DNA from: an uncultured bacterium
GTDB taxonomy: Bacteria > Pseudomonadota > Alphaproteobacteria > Sphingomonadales > Sphingomonadaceae
Length of the DNA stretch: 64,000 nt
NCBI GenBank assembly: GCA_903884945.1
Contig: CAISGR010000279.1
Coordinates: 10,966 to 74,965, forward strand
Direction: 5' to 3'
Positions within the stretch are counted from its first letter, which is position 1, and every line of letters begins with the position of its first letter. The translations under genes and the position numbers were made by a program. Below, one piece after another: positions 28,262-38,829 of this stretch. The notes below the pieces were generated by a model. That model was not told the DNA's origin, did no database searches, and worked only from the letters and a program-made list of their open reading frames with translations.

Positions 28262-29898
28262 GCAATCTGCTCCGCGACCACGGCCGCATAGGGGCCGAAG
28301 CGCCATTGATCGGCGAGGCCGACCTGTTCGATGACGCGCCAGCGATCGGCCTGTTCCGGCCGCCATTCAAGCGAACGATCGGTGAAATTGAAGACGCAGA
28401 GCAGCCGCTGGCGCGGCGAGGCGCGTTCGAACACCAGCAGCGCCTCGGTCGCGGCGAGAATCGTGATGTCGCCGACCAGCAGCGCCTCGCTGGCGGCCCG
28501 GGTCGCCAGCAGCCGCCGGGTGAGCGCGAGCGTCGAGCCGGCATCGGCTTCCTGCCGGTCGACCGCGAGCGCGGCGTGATCGGGCCCGAGCGGCAGCCAT
28601 GGCTCGGCGGTCGAGAAGCCGAGCTGGGGCGCATGTTCGAGCCACGGCATCGGCGTGCGGGCGCCGTCGCGGCTGAGCGTGAGCGGCCAGTTGGCGATCG
28701 CCTCGGGATCGCGCAGGCGCTCGAACGGGATATCGACCTGGGTGAGGCCGAGCTCCTCGCCCTGATAGAGGAAGATGTTGCCGCGCAGACAGGCGAGCAG
28801 CAGCATCTTCATCCGCGCGAAATCCTCGCGATGCTCGGGCGCCGACCAGCGCGAGAGCGCGCGCGGCGCATCGTGATTCTCGAACGCCCAGCTCGGCCAG
28901 CCCATGCCGGGCCGGTCGGGCCATTGCTCGACCGCCTCGCGCACCAGCGCCGGGGTCAACGCCGCAGCATAGAGGAAGTTGAAGCCATAGGCGCTGTTGA
29001 GCCGGTGCGCGCCCTGGGTGAACTGCTTCATCTCGGTCTCGGCATCGGCGCCGCCGACTTCGGCCACGGTGAAGCGCCCGTCATAGCTGTCCGTCAGCGC
29101 GCGGATGCGCTCGAGGAACAGCGGAATATCGGGGTGCGACTGGTTGTTGACGTGCAGCTGGAAATCGAACGGCCGGGTACGCACGCCGTTGGTGGCCGGC
29201 GCGGGCGGATTGTCCCGCAGTTCGGGATCGCCCATCGCGAAATTGATCGCATCGATCCGGAACCCGTCGACGCCGCGATCGAGCCAGAAGCGCGCCACGT
29301 CGAGCAGCGCGTCCTGCACCGCGCGGCTGTGGACGTTGAGCTGCGGCTGGGCGCTCAGGAAATTATGCATGTAATATTGGCCGCGCCGCGCATCCCAGGT
29401 CCAGGCCGGGCCGCCGAACACCGATTGCCAGTTGTTGGGCGGCGACCCGTCGGGCCGGGCATCGGCCCAGACATACCAGTCCTGCTTCGGATTGGTGCGA
29501 TCGGACCGGCTCGTGGCGAACCAGCGATGCTCGTCCGAGGTGTGCGAATAGACCTGGTCGATGATCACCCTGAGCCCGAGCGCATGCGCGCGCGCGATCA
29601 GCGCATCGAAATCGTCGAGCGTGCCGAAGATCGGATCGACATCGCGATAATCGGCGACGTCATAACCGAAATCCTTCATCGGCGAGGTGAAGAAGGGCGA
29701 CAGCCAGATCGCATCGACGCCGAGCGAGGCGACATGATCGAGATGCGCGGTGATGCCGGCGAGATCGCCGATCCCGTCCCCGTTCGAATCCGCGAAGCTG
29801 CGCGGATAGATCTGGTAGATCGCGGCACCGCGCCACCATTCGCGAGCGCGCCCGGCATCCGCTTCGGCGGCCGGCGGCTGGAGGGCCGGCCCGGTCAC
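28258..29898 (-). CDS. GH13 alpha-glucosidase/oligo-1,6-glucosidase (cytoplasmic)
   Basis: GTG start overlapping the upstream TGA; WWRGAAIYQIYPRSF, DQVYSHTS, GFRIDAI, ENHD, YQGEELG. Confidence 0.93.
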   Translation of the reverse strand: MTGPALQPPAAEADAGRAREWWRGAAIYQIYPRSFADSNGDGIGDLAGITAHLDHVASLGVDAIWLSPFFTSPMKDFGYDVADYRDVDPIFGTLDDFDALIARAHALGLRVIIDQVYSHTSDEHRWFATSRSDRTNPKQDWYVWADARPDGSPPNNWQSVFGGPAWTWDARRGQYYMHNFLSAQPQLNVHSRAVQDALLDVARFWLDRGVDGFRIDAINFAMGDPELRDNPPAPATNGVRTRPFDFQLHVNNQSHPDIPLFLERIRALTDSYDGRFTVAEVGGADAETEMKQFTQGAHRLNSAYGFNFLYAAALTPALVREAVEQWPDRPGMGWPSWAFENHDAPRALSRWSAPEHREDFARMKMLLLACLRGNIFLYQGEELGLTQVDIPFERLRDPEAIANWPLTLSRDGARTPMPWLEHAPQLGFSTAEPWLPLGPDHAALAVDRQEADAGSTLALTRRLLATRAASEALLVGDITILAATEALLVFERASPRQRLLCVFNFTDRSLEWRPEQADRWRVIEQVGLADQWRFGPYAAVVAEQIA

Positions 29899-31727
29899 TT
29901 GGCGGGCTCCGCCGCGCAGATGGCGTAGGAAAGCGGCGCGAGCGTGACCGCGACGCTGCCGGGGGCGGACGCCGCCGGCGCGCACTGGCCCGCCAGCGCG
30001 GCAAAGCGCACCGACCCGGTTTCGACCTGGACCTGCGCGGCGACCGGCGCGGTCGAGGTGTTGAAGGCGAGCAGGATCTCGGCCCCGCTGACGGGGTCGA
30101 AACGCGACACGGCGAACAGGCCGGGCTTGTCGCCCTGAGCACGGACGCGCTGCAGGCCGCGCGTGAGCGCGGGGTGCGCCGTGCGCAGGCGTGCAAGCGT
30201 CGAGATGGTGGTGAACAGGGGATGGGCCTCGTCGAAATTGGCGTCGGCAGTCGTCTTGGTCGTGCCGAGCAGGTGATTGTCGTTATAAACCGAGACCTTG
30301 CTCGGGAACATGTCTTCCCGCGCATCCTGGTCGCCGCCGTCGCTGACAAAGCCTTGTTCGTCGCCCGAATAGATGGTCGGGACGCCGCGCAGCGTGAGCA
30401 GCATGGCGTGGCCGAGAATCACCCGCTGCATGATCTCGGCATCGCTCGCCGCGGGAAAGCCGCGCTTCACGAACATGGCGAAGCGCCCGGCATCATGGTT
30501 GCCGAGAAAGGTCGGGAGCGTCTGTGCCGCGGCGGGACCGCCTTCGTAGAGCACGTCGCCCGCGAACAGCCGGCCCAGTTCAGCCGTGCCCTTGTCGCTG
30601 CCCACCGTATCGATCACGGCGCGGGCAAAGGCGAAATCGAGCACCGCCGGCAGCTTGTCGACGCGGGTATGCGCAGCGAGCAGGCCGGGATCGAGCTGAT
30701 CGGTGAACACTTCCCCGAAGATATGGAAGTTGGGGATGCCCCTGGCCCGCGCGCGCGCCTGCATCGCCGGCACGAAGGCCTGCCAGAATTCCGGGTTCAC
30801 ATGCTTGGCGGTATCGATGCGGAAGCCGTCCACGCCGAAGCGGTCGATCCAGTCGCCATAGATGGCGATGAAGCCCTGCACGACACGCGGATTCTCGGTG
30901 GCCAGATCGTCCAGCCCCGCGAAATCGCCGAGCGTCGCGCTCTCGCCCTCGAAGGTCGAGTTGCCGCGATTATGGTACCAGCGCACGTCGTTGAGCCAGT
31001 CGGGCGTCTTCGCATGCTCGTCGCCGCGCGGCACATAGGGCGTGTAGGCGAAGCGCTGGTCGGTCAGCTTCGCGAAATTCTCCGCGGTCTGCACGTCGTT
31101 GCCGGCGAAGCCCGGATTGATCGCGGGCCCGCCGATGCCGCCGCGCCGCTGGTAGGGATACTCGGCCACGCTGCGATAGGCACAGGCCTGGATGCCGCAT
31201 TCGCGATACTGGATCACGTCGGCGGTGTGGTTGGCGATGATGTCCATATAGAGCTTCATGCCGCGCGCATGCGCCGCATCGACCAGCGCCTTGAAATCGG
31301 CATTGGTGCCGAAATGCGGATCGACCCGGGTGAAATCGGTGATCCAATAGCCGTGATAGCCGGCCGATTCCTGCCCCGGCGGCCCCTGTACCGGCTTGTT
31401 CTTGAAAATCGGGCCAAGCCAGATCGCGGTCGCGCCGAGCTGCCGGATATAGTCGAGCCGCCTGATCAGCCCCTGGAGATCGCCGCCATGATAGAAGCCC
31501 TTGGCAGTGGGATCATAGCCGGTGACGAGGCGGTCGCCCTGCAGCCCGCCGCGATCATTGGCCGGATCGCCATTCTCGAACCGGTCCGGCAGCACGAAAT
31601 AGATCACCTCGTCCTGCGGCAGCCGATCGCGAAACGACGGCGCGGCGGCGGGCCGGGCCAGGGCCGGCGCCGGCGCCGGGACGGCCGCGGCGGCGAGGAG
31701 AAGCGGAAACACGAGACGCCTGATCAT
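29895..31727 (-). CDS. Secreted GH13 alpha-amylase/cyclomaltodextrinase-like enzyme
   Basis: Signal peptide; IYFVLPDRFENGD, YHGYWITDF, GFRIDTAKH, GEV, NHD. Confidence 0.93.
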   Translation of the reverse strand: MIRRLVFPLLLAAAAVPAPAPALARPAAAPSFRDRLPQDEVIYFVLPDRFENGDPANDRGGLQGDRLVTGYDPTAKGFYHGGDLQGLIRRLDYIRQLGATAIWLGPIFKNKPVQGPPGQESAGYHGYWITDFTRVDPHFGTNADFKALVDAAHARGMKLYMDIIANHTADVIQYRECGIQACAYRSVAEYPYQRRGGIGGPAINPGFAGNDVQTAENFAKLTDQRFAYTPYVPRGDEHAKTPDWLNDVRWYHNRGNSTFEGESATLGDFAGLDDLATENPRVVQGFIAIYGDWIDRFGVDGFRIDTAKHVNPEFWQAFVPAMQARARARGIPNFHIFGEVFTDQLDPGLLAAHTRVDKLPAVLDFAFARAVIDTVGSDKGTAELGRLFAGDVLYEGGPAAAQTLPTFLGNHDAGRFAMFVKRGFPAASDAEIMQRVILGHAMLLTLRGVPTIYSGDEQGFVSDGGDQDAREDMFPSKVSVYNDNHLLGTTKTTADANFDEAHPLFTTISTLARLRTAHPALTRGLQRVRAQGDKPGLFAVSRFDPVSGAEILLAFNTSTAPVAAQVQVETGSVRFAALAGQCAPAASAPGSVAVTLAPLSYAICAAEPAK

Positions 31728-33241
31728 GCTGCAACCATATTCCGGGGGAGGGCGGCGCAGTGTGCCGCGATGAAATCTTCATGGGACGGCATCCGCCCGG
31801 CGACCTGCGCGGCGTGCCGGCGCGCCAGCGCAAGGAACTCGTCCAGCTCGCCCGGCTTCAGGCCACCGGCGAGCGGATCATAACCGGCGGGCGTGACGCC
31901 CTGCCCGAGCAGCACCTGCAGCCAGCCGACCTCGGCGAACAGCTCGTCGCCCTCGCGGAACAGGCGGCCATTGGCGCGGAACAGCTCGAGGCGGTGCGCC
32001 AGGCTGTCCGGGATCGCCATGTCGCGGCAGCTGCGCCAGAAGGGCTCGTCGCGGCCATTGGCGTGATAGTGCAGCACGAGGAAATCGCGCACCGCCTGCC
32101 ATTCGCGATCGGTCTGGCGGTTATATTCGGCGATATCGGCCTCGGCGACGCGATCGCCCGGAAACAGCTGGAGCAGCCGTGCGATGGCCGACTGGATCAG
32201 GTGGATGCTGGTCGATTCCAGCGGCTCCATGAAGCCCGCCGCCAGCCCGATCGCCACGCAATTCTTCACCCAGGCGCGATGCCGCTTGCCGGTGGTGAAG
32301 CGCAGCGGGCGCGGATCGGCGAGCGGCGCGCCATCGAGATTCGCCAGCAGCAGGTCGGCCGCCCGGTCATCGTCGAGAAAGGCGCTGCAATAGACGAGGC
32401 CGTTGCCGGTGCGCTGCTGCAGCGGGATGCGCCATTGCCAGCCCGCCGCGCGCGCCGTCGCGCGGGTATAGGGGGTGAGCGGGCCGGCATTGGCGGACGG
32501 CACGGCGAGCGCGCGGTCGCACGGCAGCAGGTGCGACCAGTCGTCATAGCCGGCCGCGAGCGCCTGCTCGATCAGCAGCCCGCGAAAGCCCGAGCAATCG
32601 ATGAAGAGATCACCGGCGATCCGTGCACCGCCCTCCAGCGTGACGCTGTCGATCGCGCCGCTTGCGCCATCGAGCGTCACGTCGACCACCTGTCCCTCGA
32701 TCCGCGCCACGCCGCGCGCCTCGGCGTAGCGACGGAGGAAGGCGGCATAGAGCGCGGCATCGAACTGGAAGGCCCAGGCGATCCCGCTGGGCAGTTCGGG
32801 CCGGCCGGGATCGCGCGCGAAGCGGTTGCCTGCGGCTGCCTGCGCGCTTGCGGAATAGTCCCACAGGCTCGTCGTGCCGCCCGCGGCGCGGTGGCGAAGC
32901 CAGTAATGATGGAAGGGCACCAGCCCCAGCCCGCGCCCGATCGTGCCGAAGCCGTGGAGGTAGCGGCTGCCCGGCCCCGACCAGTCGACGAACTCGATGC
33001 CGAGCTTGAACGTCCCCTGCGTCTCGCGGATGAACGCGTCCTCGTCGATGCCGAGCCCGGCGTTGAACAGGCGGATCTGCGGGATCGTCGCCTCGCCAAC
33101 GCCGATCGTGCCGATCGCATCGGATTCGACCAGCCGGACCGTGGCGCCCGGCGGCAGGAAGCGGGCGAGCGCCGCCGCCGTCATCCAGCCCGCGGTGCCA
33201 CCGCCGACGATGACGATCGTCCGATCGGTCAGCTGGGACAT
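31724..33241 (-). CDS. Tryptophan-halogenase-family flavoprotein (PrnA-like)
   Basis: GGGTAGW FAD motif, IGVGEATIP, TFKLGI (catalytic Lys), FIDCSGF, WQWRIP (WxWxIP), FMEPLESTSIH. Confidence 0.92.
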   Translation of the reverse strand: MSQLTDRTIVIVGGGTAGWMTAAALARFLPPGATVRLVESDAIGTIGVGEATIPQIRLFNAGLGIDEDAFIRETQGTFKLGIEFVDWSGPGSRYLHGFGTIGRGLGLVPFHHYWLRHRAAGGTTSLWDYSASAQAAAGNRFARDPGRPELPSGIAWAFQFDAALYAAFLRRYAEARGVARIEGQVVDVTLDGASGAIDSVTLEGGARIAGDLFIDCSGFRGLLIEQALAAGYDDWSHLLPCDRALAVPSANAGPLTPYTRATARAAGWQWRIPLQQRTGNGLVYCSAFLDDDRAADLLLANLDGAPLADPRPLRFTTGKRHRAWVKNCVAIGLAAGFMEPLESTSIHLIQSAIARLLQLFPGDRVAEADIAEYNRQTDREWQAVRDFLVLHYHANGRDEPFWRSCRDMAIPDSLAHRLELFRANGRLFREGDELFAEVGWLQVLLGQGVTPAGYDPLAGGLKPGELDEFLALARRHAAQVAGRMPSHEDFIAAHCAALPRNMVAA

Positions 33242-33308
33242 AGGTGTCTCCGTCGGTGGCCGCTCCCCCGCATGCGCTATCGCGAAAGCGGGGGCGCGGC
33301 CACCGGCA

Positions 33309-36095
33309 TCAGAATTTGAAGCTGAAACCGGCCAGGTAGCGGCGGCCGTATTTCTGATAGTCGATCACGTGCAGCGGCTCGCCCGGATCCGTCGTCACGA
33401 AGGCCTGGTCCGTCAGGTTCTGGCCCTGCACGAAGAGCGACAGCCCCTTCAGCATCCCGCCCGAAAAATCGTAGCCGACCTGGGCATCGATGATCGTCTC
33501 GCCCCGGGCACGACGCCGCACGCGGTTGGCGGCGAAGCCGGAAACCTCGCCGACGAAGGTCGAGCGGTAGCGGACGCTGCCGCGTGCCGAGAAACCCCAT
33601 TTCTCGAAATAGGCAGTGCCGTTCGCCACCCATTTCGAATAGCCGGGAATGTCCTCGGCCGGCTGGCCCGGCGTCGGGCGGATGCTCGTCTTGGTATAGG
33701 AAACGCTGCCGGTGAGGCCGAACCCGTCGAGCGCGCTGGTGAAGGTCGAGAGGGGCAAGGTGCCCGCTGCCTCGACACCATAGAGATGCCCGCCCGAGCC
33801 GTTGATCGGAATGTTGACCACCCCGATCGGCGCGACCGTCACGCCCGTGCCGGGGCTCGACAGCGCCAGGTCCGCGGTGGGGATCTGCTGATCGAGCGTG
33901 TAGATGTAGGTCTTGAGGTCCTTGTAGAAGAACTGGGCCGCGAGATAGCCCGAGCGGCCGAAATATTTCTCGAAGGTCAGGTCGGCGGCGTTGGCACGCC
34001 ACGGGCGAAGATCGGGATTGCCCGAGGTGCCCTGCACCACCGCCACCGGCCCCGAGATCGCGTAGCTGTAGCTCACCGTCGCGCGCATGTCGTCGATGCG
34101 CGGCCGGATGATCTCGCGCGCCAGCGCCACGCGAACGACGAAATCGCTGGGAAAGCGGAGCGACAAGTTCGCGCTCGGCAGGAAATCGACATAGTCGGTG
34201 CTGGCGCGGCGCGCGTTCGCGCCGATGTTCGGCGATCCGTTGAGATTCTGGCCGAGATAGACCGCGGTCGCGCCGTTCGAATTCTGGTCCGTCGCGATGA
34301 ACTGTCCGCCGATATTGCCGGTCAGCTCGGCCGAACCGACCTGCGACTTGATATTGGCCTGGACATAGCCCGTCATGAGCTTCTCGCGCACGTCATAGGC
34401 CTTGACGACCACATCGCCATACGGGTTCGCGACCAGCTTGTAGATGCCCGCATTCAGGAGCGCGAGCGGATCATAGCTGATCACCGGCCCCAGGCCGAGA
34501 TAGCTCAGGTCCGTCGTGCCGAGCCGGAACTGGGTCGGCACCGCGACGCTGGTCGTGCCGTTGGTATTGGCGGTGAGGCCGAGGAAGAACTCCTGCGGCG
34601 TCAGCTTCTTGCTGCGGTTGGTATAGTTCAGGCCGACCTGGAAACTGTGGAAGAAGCCGTCATCGACGATCTTCTCGACCTCGACCCGGTACTGCCAGAG
34701 CTCGTCCTTGATGACGCGGTTGTTGTAATAGCCGTCCTGGCCGCCCCGGATCGCGTCGCCATTGGTCGCGATCTGGTCGCCGCCCCAGCCCTGCGGCGAG
34801 GTGAGCAGGATCGCGTTATAGTCGCCATAATTGAGCGTCGGGTGGAAGAAGGTGCCCGTCGCGCTGCTCTGGAAGCCGATCGTGTCCGTCGCGCCGGTGC
34901 CGACCCCGCGGCCGGTGCCCGAATAGCTTTCCAGCGTCAGTTCGTTGCGGTCGGTCTTGGAATAGCTGAGGTCGCCGGTCACGTTCCAGCCGTCATCGCC
35001 CTTATAGGCGCCGTTCCAGCCGAACGAATAGAGCTTGGCGTGGCGCTGGAACACGTCGTTGCGCACCACCCCCTTCACGTTGGTGAAGGTTCCCGCGGTG
35101 ATGAAGCCGTTGCTCGAGGCGCTCGCGCTGCCGCCGACGCCGCCACCGAACGCCAGCGGCAATTCGACGCCGCGCTTGATCTGGTCGTCCTTGAAGTCGG
35201 AATAAAAGGCATCGATGGTCGAGGTGAATTCGGGTGCCGGCTTCCACTCGAGCGTACCGTTGAGCCCGAGGCGCTTGAGCGTGGTCGAGGTGTTGTAGGA
35301 TTTCGAGCCGCCGATCACGGCCCCCTGCGGCGTGCCGGCATAGCCCCAGGCGTTGAACTCCTGGATCTGGTACGGCTCGTCGGTGTAGCTGCCCGACAGC
35401 GAGACGCCGAGCGTTTCGTTGGCGAACTGGCCGACATAAGTGCCGTTGACGCGGTAGCCGAATTCCTTGGACCCGGCGTTGAGCTTGCCGAGATCGGCAT
35501 AGCTGCCGCGCGCGCCGACCGAGACGATCTGCTTGCCATATTCGATCGGCCGGATGGTGCGCAGATCGACCGTGCCCGACAGGCCCTGCCCGACGATCGA
35601 CGCCATCGGCGTCTTGTAGACCAGCACCTGGTTGATCACTTCCGACGGATATTGATCATATTCGACCGCGCGGCTGTCTCCGGTCGAGGTCTGCTCGCGC
35701 CCGTTCAGCAACGTCGTCGAGAAATCGGGGGCAAAGCCGCGGATCGAGATCGAGTTCGAGCGGCCCGACAGCCGCTGCGAGGTCAGGCCCGGCAGGCGCG
35801 CGATCGATTCGGCGATCGAGGCGTCCGGCAGCTTGCCGATATCTTCAGCCGAGATCGACTCGACGACCTGGTCGCGGCCCTTCTTCTCGGCGACGGCGGT
35901 CTCCAGCGACTTGCGGAAGCCGGTGACGACGATGTCGCTGCCCTCGGCATTTTCCTGGCCGGCGGCCGGGGCGGCGACGGCATTGGTCGTCTGGGCGTGC
36001 GCCGAGGCGACGCCGAGCACCAGGGCACCGGCGCTGACACCCGCCGAAAGTGCGGTGCGGAACAATTTCGCCGACGAACATGTGGAATAGGTCAT
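33309..36095 (-). CDS. TonB-dependent receptor, maltodextrin (MalA-like)
   Basis: RBS GGGGAGG; signal peptide, DIVVTGFR, EDIGKLPD.SIAESIARLPG, C-terminal YLAGFSFKF; starch-locus context. Confidence 0.93.
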   Translation of the reverse strand: MTYSTCSSAKLFRTALSAGVSAGALVLGVASAHAQTTNAVAAPAAGQENAEGSDIVVTGFRKSLETAVAEKKGRDQVVESISAEDIGKLPDASIAESIARLPGLTSQRLSGRSNSISIRGFAPDFSTTLLNGREQTSTGDSRAVEYDQYPSEVINQVLVYKTPMASIVGQGLSGTVDLRTIRPIEYGKQIVSVGARGSYADLGKLNAGSKEFGYRVNGTYVGQFANETLGVSLSGSYTDEPYQIQEFNAWGYAGTPQGAVIGGSKSYNTSTTLKRLGLNGTLEWKPAPEFTSTIDAFYSDFKDDQIKRGVELPLAFGGGVGGSASASSNGFITAGTFTNVKGVVRNDVFQRHAKLYSFGWNGAYKGDDGWNVTGDLSYSKTDRNELTLESYSGTGRGVGTGATDTIGFQSSATGTFFHPTLNYGDYNAILLTSPQGWGGDQIATNGDAIRGGQDGYYNNRVIKDELWQYRVEVEKIVDDGFFHSFQVGLNYTNRSKKLTPQEFFLGLTANTNGTTSVAVPTQFRLGTTDLSYLGLGPVISYDPLALLNAGIYKLVANPYGDVVVKAYDVREKLMTGYVQANIKSQVGSAELTGNIGGQFIATDQNSNGATAVYLGQNLNGSPNIGANARRASTDYVDFLPSANLSLRFPSDFVVRVALAREIIRPRIDDMRATVSYSYAISGPVAVVQGTSGNPDLRPWRANAADLTFEKYFGRSGYLAAQFFYKDLKTYIYTLDQQIPTADLALSSPGTGVTVAPIGVVNIPINGSGGHLYGVEAAGTLPLSTFTSALDGFGLTGSVSYTKTSIRPTPGQPAEDIPGYSKWVANGTAYFEKWGFSARGSVRYRSTFVGEVSGFAANRVRRRARGETIIDAQVGYDFSGGMLKGLSLFVQGQNLTDQAFVTTDPGEPLHVIDYQKYGRRYLAGFSFKF

Positions 36096-36186
36096 ATTAT
36101 CCTCCCCTGCGGCCCACGGCGTCTGCTGCGCGTTGGGCATTTCTGGCACGCTATTGGAATTCCGGCGGAGCAAAGCCAAGCAAAGG

Positions 36187-36198
36187 GCATACGTATTC
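36187..36198. promoter_or_regulatory. Putative LacI-family operator (GCATACGTATTC)
   Basis: Central-CG palindrome core ATACGTAT in the divergent TBDR/LacI gap. Confidence 0.6.
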
Positions 36199-36286
36199 AC
36201 AGCCATGCCGCCGCCAACCTGCTATGAAGTCGGCCAGGGCGAGCCGGACCACCGGCCGAACTCTTTGGGGAGGATGATTCAAGGCC

Positions 36287-37348
36287 ATGTCGATTCAGGA
36301 CAAGCCTACCTCGTTCGATATCGCGGCGCTCGCGGGCGTGTCGCAGCCGACGGTGAGCCGCGCGCTGCGCGGCGACCGGACGGTGAGCGAGGCGACGCGC
36401 AAGCGGATCGAAGCGATCGCGCGGCAGCTCAACTCTACCGTCGACAAGAACGCCTCGAACCTGCGCCGCGGCCAATCGAACACGCTTGCCCTGCTCTTCT
36501 TCGAGGATCCGACGCCGGACGATTCGCTGATCAACCCGTTCTTCCTCTCGATGCTGGGATCGATCACGCGGACCTGCGCGCTGCGCGGCTACGACCTGCT
36601 CACCTCGTTCCAGCAGCTCTCCAACGACTGGCATGTCGATTATGAGGACAGCCGCAAGGCCGACGGGATCATCCTGCTCGGCTATGGCGACTATGAGGAT
36701 TACCGAGCGCGGCTCGACCAGCTCGAGGCGCAGGGCACCCATTTCGTGCGCTGGGGATCGGTGCAGCCCGAGCGACCGGGCGCGACGATCGGCTGCGACA
36801 ATTTTCGCGGCGGTTATGACGCTGGCAGCCACCTGATCGCGCTGCGCCGGCGCCGCATCGCCTTTCTCGGCCAGGCATCGAGCCATTATCCCGAATTCGA
36901 GGACCGCTATCGCGGGCTGGTCGAGGCGATGCGCACCGCCGGAATCGAGGCCGATCCGCGGCTGCAGGTCGATGCGATCACCACCGAGGCCTCGGGCTTC
37001 GAGGCGGCCGAGCAGCTGATCGCGCGCGGCGTGCGCTTCGATGCGATCTTCGCGGCGAGCGACCTGATCGCGATGGGGGCGATGCGCGCGCTGGAGGGGC
37101 ACGGCCTGGACGTGCCCGCCGATATCTCGGTCGTCGGCTTCGACGACCTGCCCGCGGCGAGCCTCGCCCATCCACCGCTCACCACGATCGCGCAGGACTA
37201 TCGTCGCGCGGGCGAGTTCCTGGTCGATACGCTGCTCGCGCGGATCCGGGGCGAGCCGACCGATATCGCGATCCTGCCGCCGCGCCTGGTGGTGCGCGCC
37301 TCGACTGCGCCGCTGCCGGCGCGCGTGCGGACCGCGAAAAAGGGATGA
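36287..37348 (+). CDS. LacI-family regulator (MalR/MalI-like)
   Basis: TSFDIAALAGVSQPTVSRAL HTH; SVVGFDD, PPLTTI. Confidence 0.95.
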   Translation: MSIQDKPTSFDIAALAGVSQPTVSRALRGDRTVSEATRKRIEAIARQLNSTVDKNASNLRRGQSNTLALLFFEDPTPDDSLINPFFLSMLGSITRTCALRGYDLLTSFQQLSNDWHVDYEDSRKADGIILLGYGDYEDYRARLDQLEAQGTHFVRWGSVQPERPGATIGCDNFRGGYDAGSHLIALRRRRIAFLGQASSHYPEFEDRYRGLVEAMRTAGIEADPRLQVDAITTEASGFEAAEQLIARGVRFDAIFAASDLIAMGAMRALEGHGLDVPADISVVGFDDLPAASLAHPPLTTIAQDYRRAGEFLVDTLLARIRGEPTDIAILPPRLVVRASTAPLPARVRTAKKG

Positions 37349-38829
37349 GCGTGACCGAACGGCCGCGTCAGTCCCTCGCGGGGCTGTGGAACATCTCGTT
37401 CGGGTTCTTCGGCATCCAGGTCGCCTTCGGGCTGCAGAACGCGAATATCAGCCGCATCTTCCAGTCGCTCGGCAGCGATGTCGGCAGCCTTGCGCTGCTG
37501 TGGATCGCCGGGCCAGTGACCGGGCTGCTGGTGCAGCCGCTGATCGGCCATTTCAGCGACCGGACCTGGGGCCGGTTCGGGCGGCGCCGACCCTATTTCC
37601 TCGCCGGGGCGACGCTGGCCGCGCTGGCGCTGATCGGCATGCCGCACGCCCCGGTGCTGCTCGCCGCGGCGGTGCTGCTGTGGCTGCTCGATGCCTCGAT
37701 CAATGTGTCGATGGAGCCGTTCCGCGCCTTTGTCGGCGACATGGTCGGCGCGCCGCAGCGCACCACCGGCTATGCCTTCCAGACTGCCTTTATCGGCGCA
37801 GGCGCAGTGCTCGGCTCGCTCGCGCCGTTCGCGCTGACCGCGATGGGGATCAGCAATATCGCGGCCGCCGGGGTGATCCCGGATTCAGTGCGCTATTCCT
37901 TCTATCTCGGCGCGGTCGCGATCTTCGGTGCGGTGCTGTGGACGGTGCTGACCACGCGCGAATATCCGCCCGAGGCGCTGCGCGCCTTTGCCGGCGAGCG
38001 CGATGCCCCTGCCCCGTCCCCGGTAGCACCCCGGCATGGCGCGCTGTGGCTGCTCGCCGGTGTGGCGGTGCTCGCGGCGGTCGCGACGCTGCGGCTCGAA
38101 CGGGACCTGTACGTGCTGGGCGGGGCGCTGGCCGCGTTCGGGCTGCTCCGGCTGCTGGCGGCGGCGCTGGTGCGCGCCGGGCGCTGCCACAATGCGCTGT
38201 GCCACATCATGAGCGACCTGGCGCAGATGCCCGGCGAGATGCGCCGGCTCGCGGTCGTCCAGTTCTTCTCCTGGTTCGCGCTGTTCATCATGTGGATCTA
38301 CACCACGCCGGTCGTTACCCAATATGTGTTCCTGTCGACCGACACCGCCTCCAAGGCCTATAATGACGGCGCCGACTGGGTCGGCATCCTCTTCTCGGTC
38401 TATAACGGCGTGGCGGCGCTGGCCGCCTTCCTGCTGCCGGTGCTGGCGAAGCGGATCGGCCCGGGCCGGACGCACATGAGCTGCCTGCTGATCGGCGCGC
38501 TGAGCTATGCGGCAATGCTGTTCGTCCGCGACGCTGACCTGCTGGTGCTGCCGATGATCGGCGTCGGCGTGGCCTGGGCCTCGATCCTGACCATGCCCTA
38601 TGTGATCCTGGCCGGCGTGCTGCCGCCGCAGAAGCTCGGCATCTACATGGGCATCTTCAACTTCTTCATCGTGCTGCCGCAGCTGCTGGTCGCGACGATC
38701 ATGGGCGCGATCATCCGCGGCTTCTTCCCGGCAGCGCCGATCTGGACGATGCTGATCGCGGCGATCGTGATGGCCTGCGCCGCGCTGGCGATGCTGCGCG
38801 TACGCGACCCGGAGGCAGCCGCGGGCTAG
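37345..38829 (+). CDS. MFS maltose/sucrose-type permease (MalY-like)
   Basis: [63 protein letters not shown]. Confidence 0.92.
   Translation: MSVTERPRQSLAGLWNISFGFFGIQVAFGLQNANISRIFQSLGSDVGSLALLWIAGPVTGLLVQPLIGHFSDRTWGRFGRRRPYFLAGATLAALALIGMPHAPVLLAAAVLLWLLDASINVSMEPFRAFVGDMVGAPQRTTGYAFQTAFIGAGAVLGSLAPFALTAMGISNIAAAGVIPDSVRYSFYLGAVAIFGAVLWTVLTTREYPPEALRAFAGERDAPAPSPVAPRHGALWLLAGVAVLAAVATLRLERDLYVLGGALAAFGLLRLLAAALVRAGRCHNALCHIMSDLAQMPGEMRRLAVVQFFSWFALFIMWIYTTPVVTQYVFLSTDTASKAYNDGADWVGILFSVYNGVAALAAFLLPVLAKRIGPGRTHMSCLLIGALSYAAMLFVRDADLLVLPMIGVGVAWASILTMPYVILAGVLPPQKLGIYMGIFNFFIVLPQLLVATIMGAIIRGFFPAAPIWTMLIAAIVMACAALAMLRVRDPEAAAG

Noticed and set aside
31724-33241. Halogenated natural-product (pyrrolnitrin-type) gene cluster
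   Set aside because: No prnB/C/D, NRPS/PKS or flavin reductase nearby; the context is starch uptake.
24590-36227. Very long alternative-frame ORFs (e.g. 24590..28291 -, 32997..36227 +; also 466..3165, 18987..20984, 46173..48818, 58563..60686)
   Set aside because: Shadow ORFs overlapping well-supported genes; Arg/Ala/Pro-rich, no motifs; expected from high-GC codon bias.
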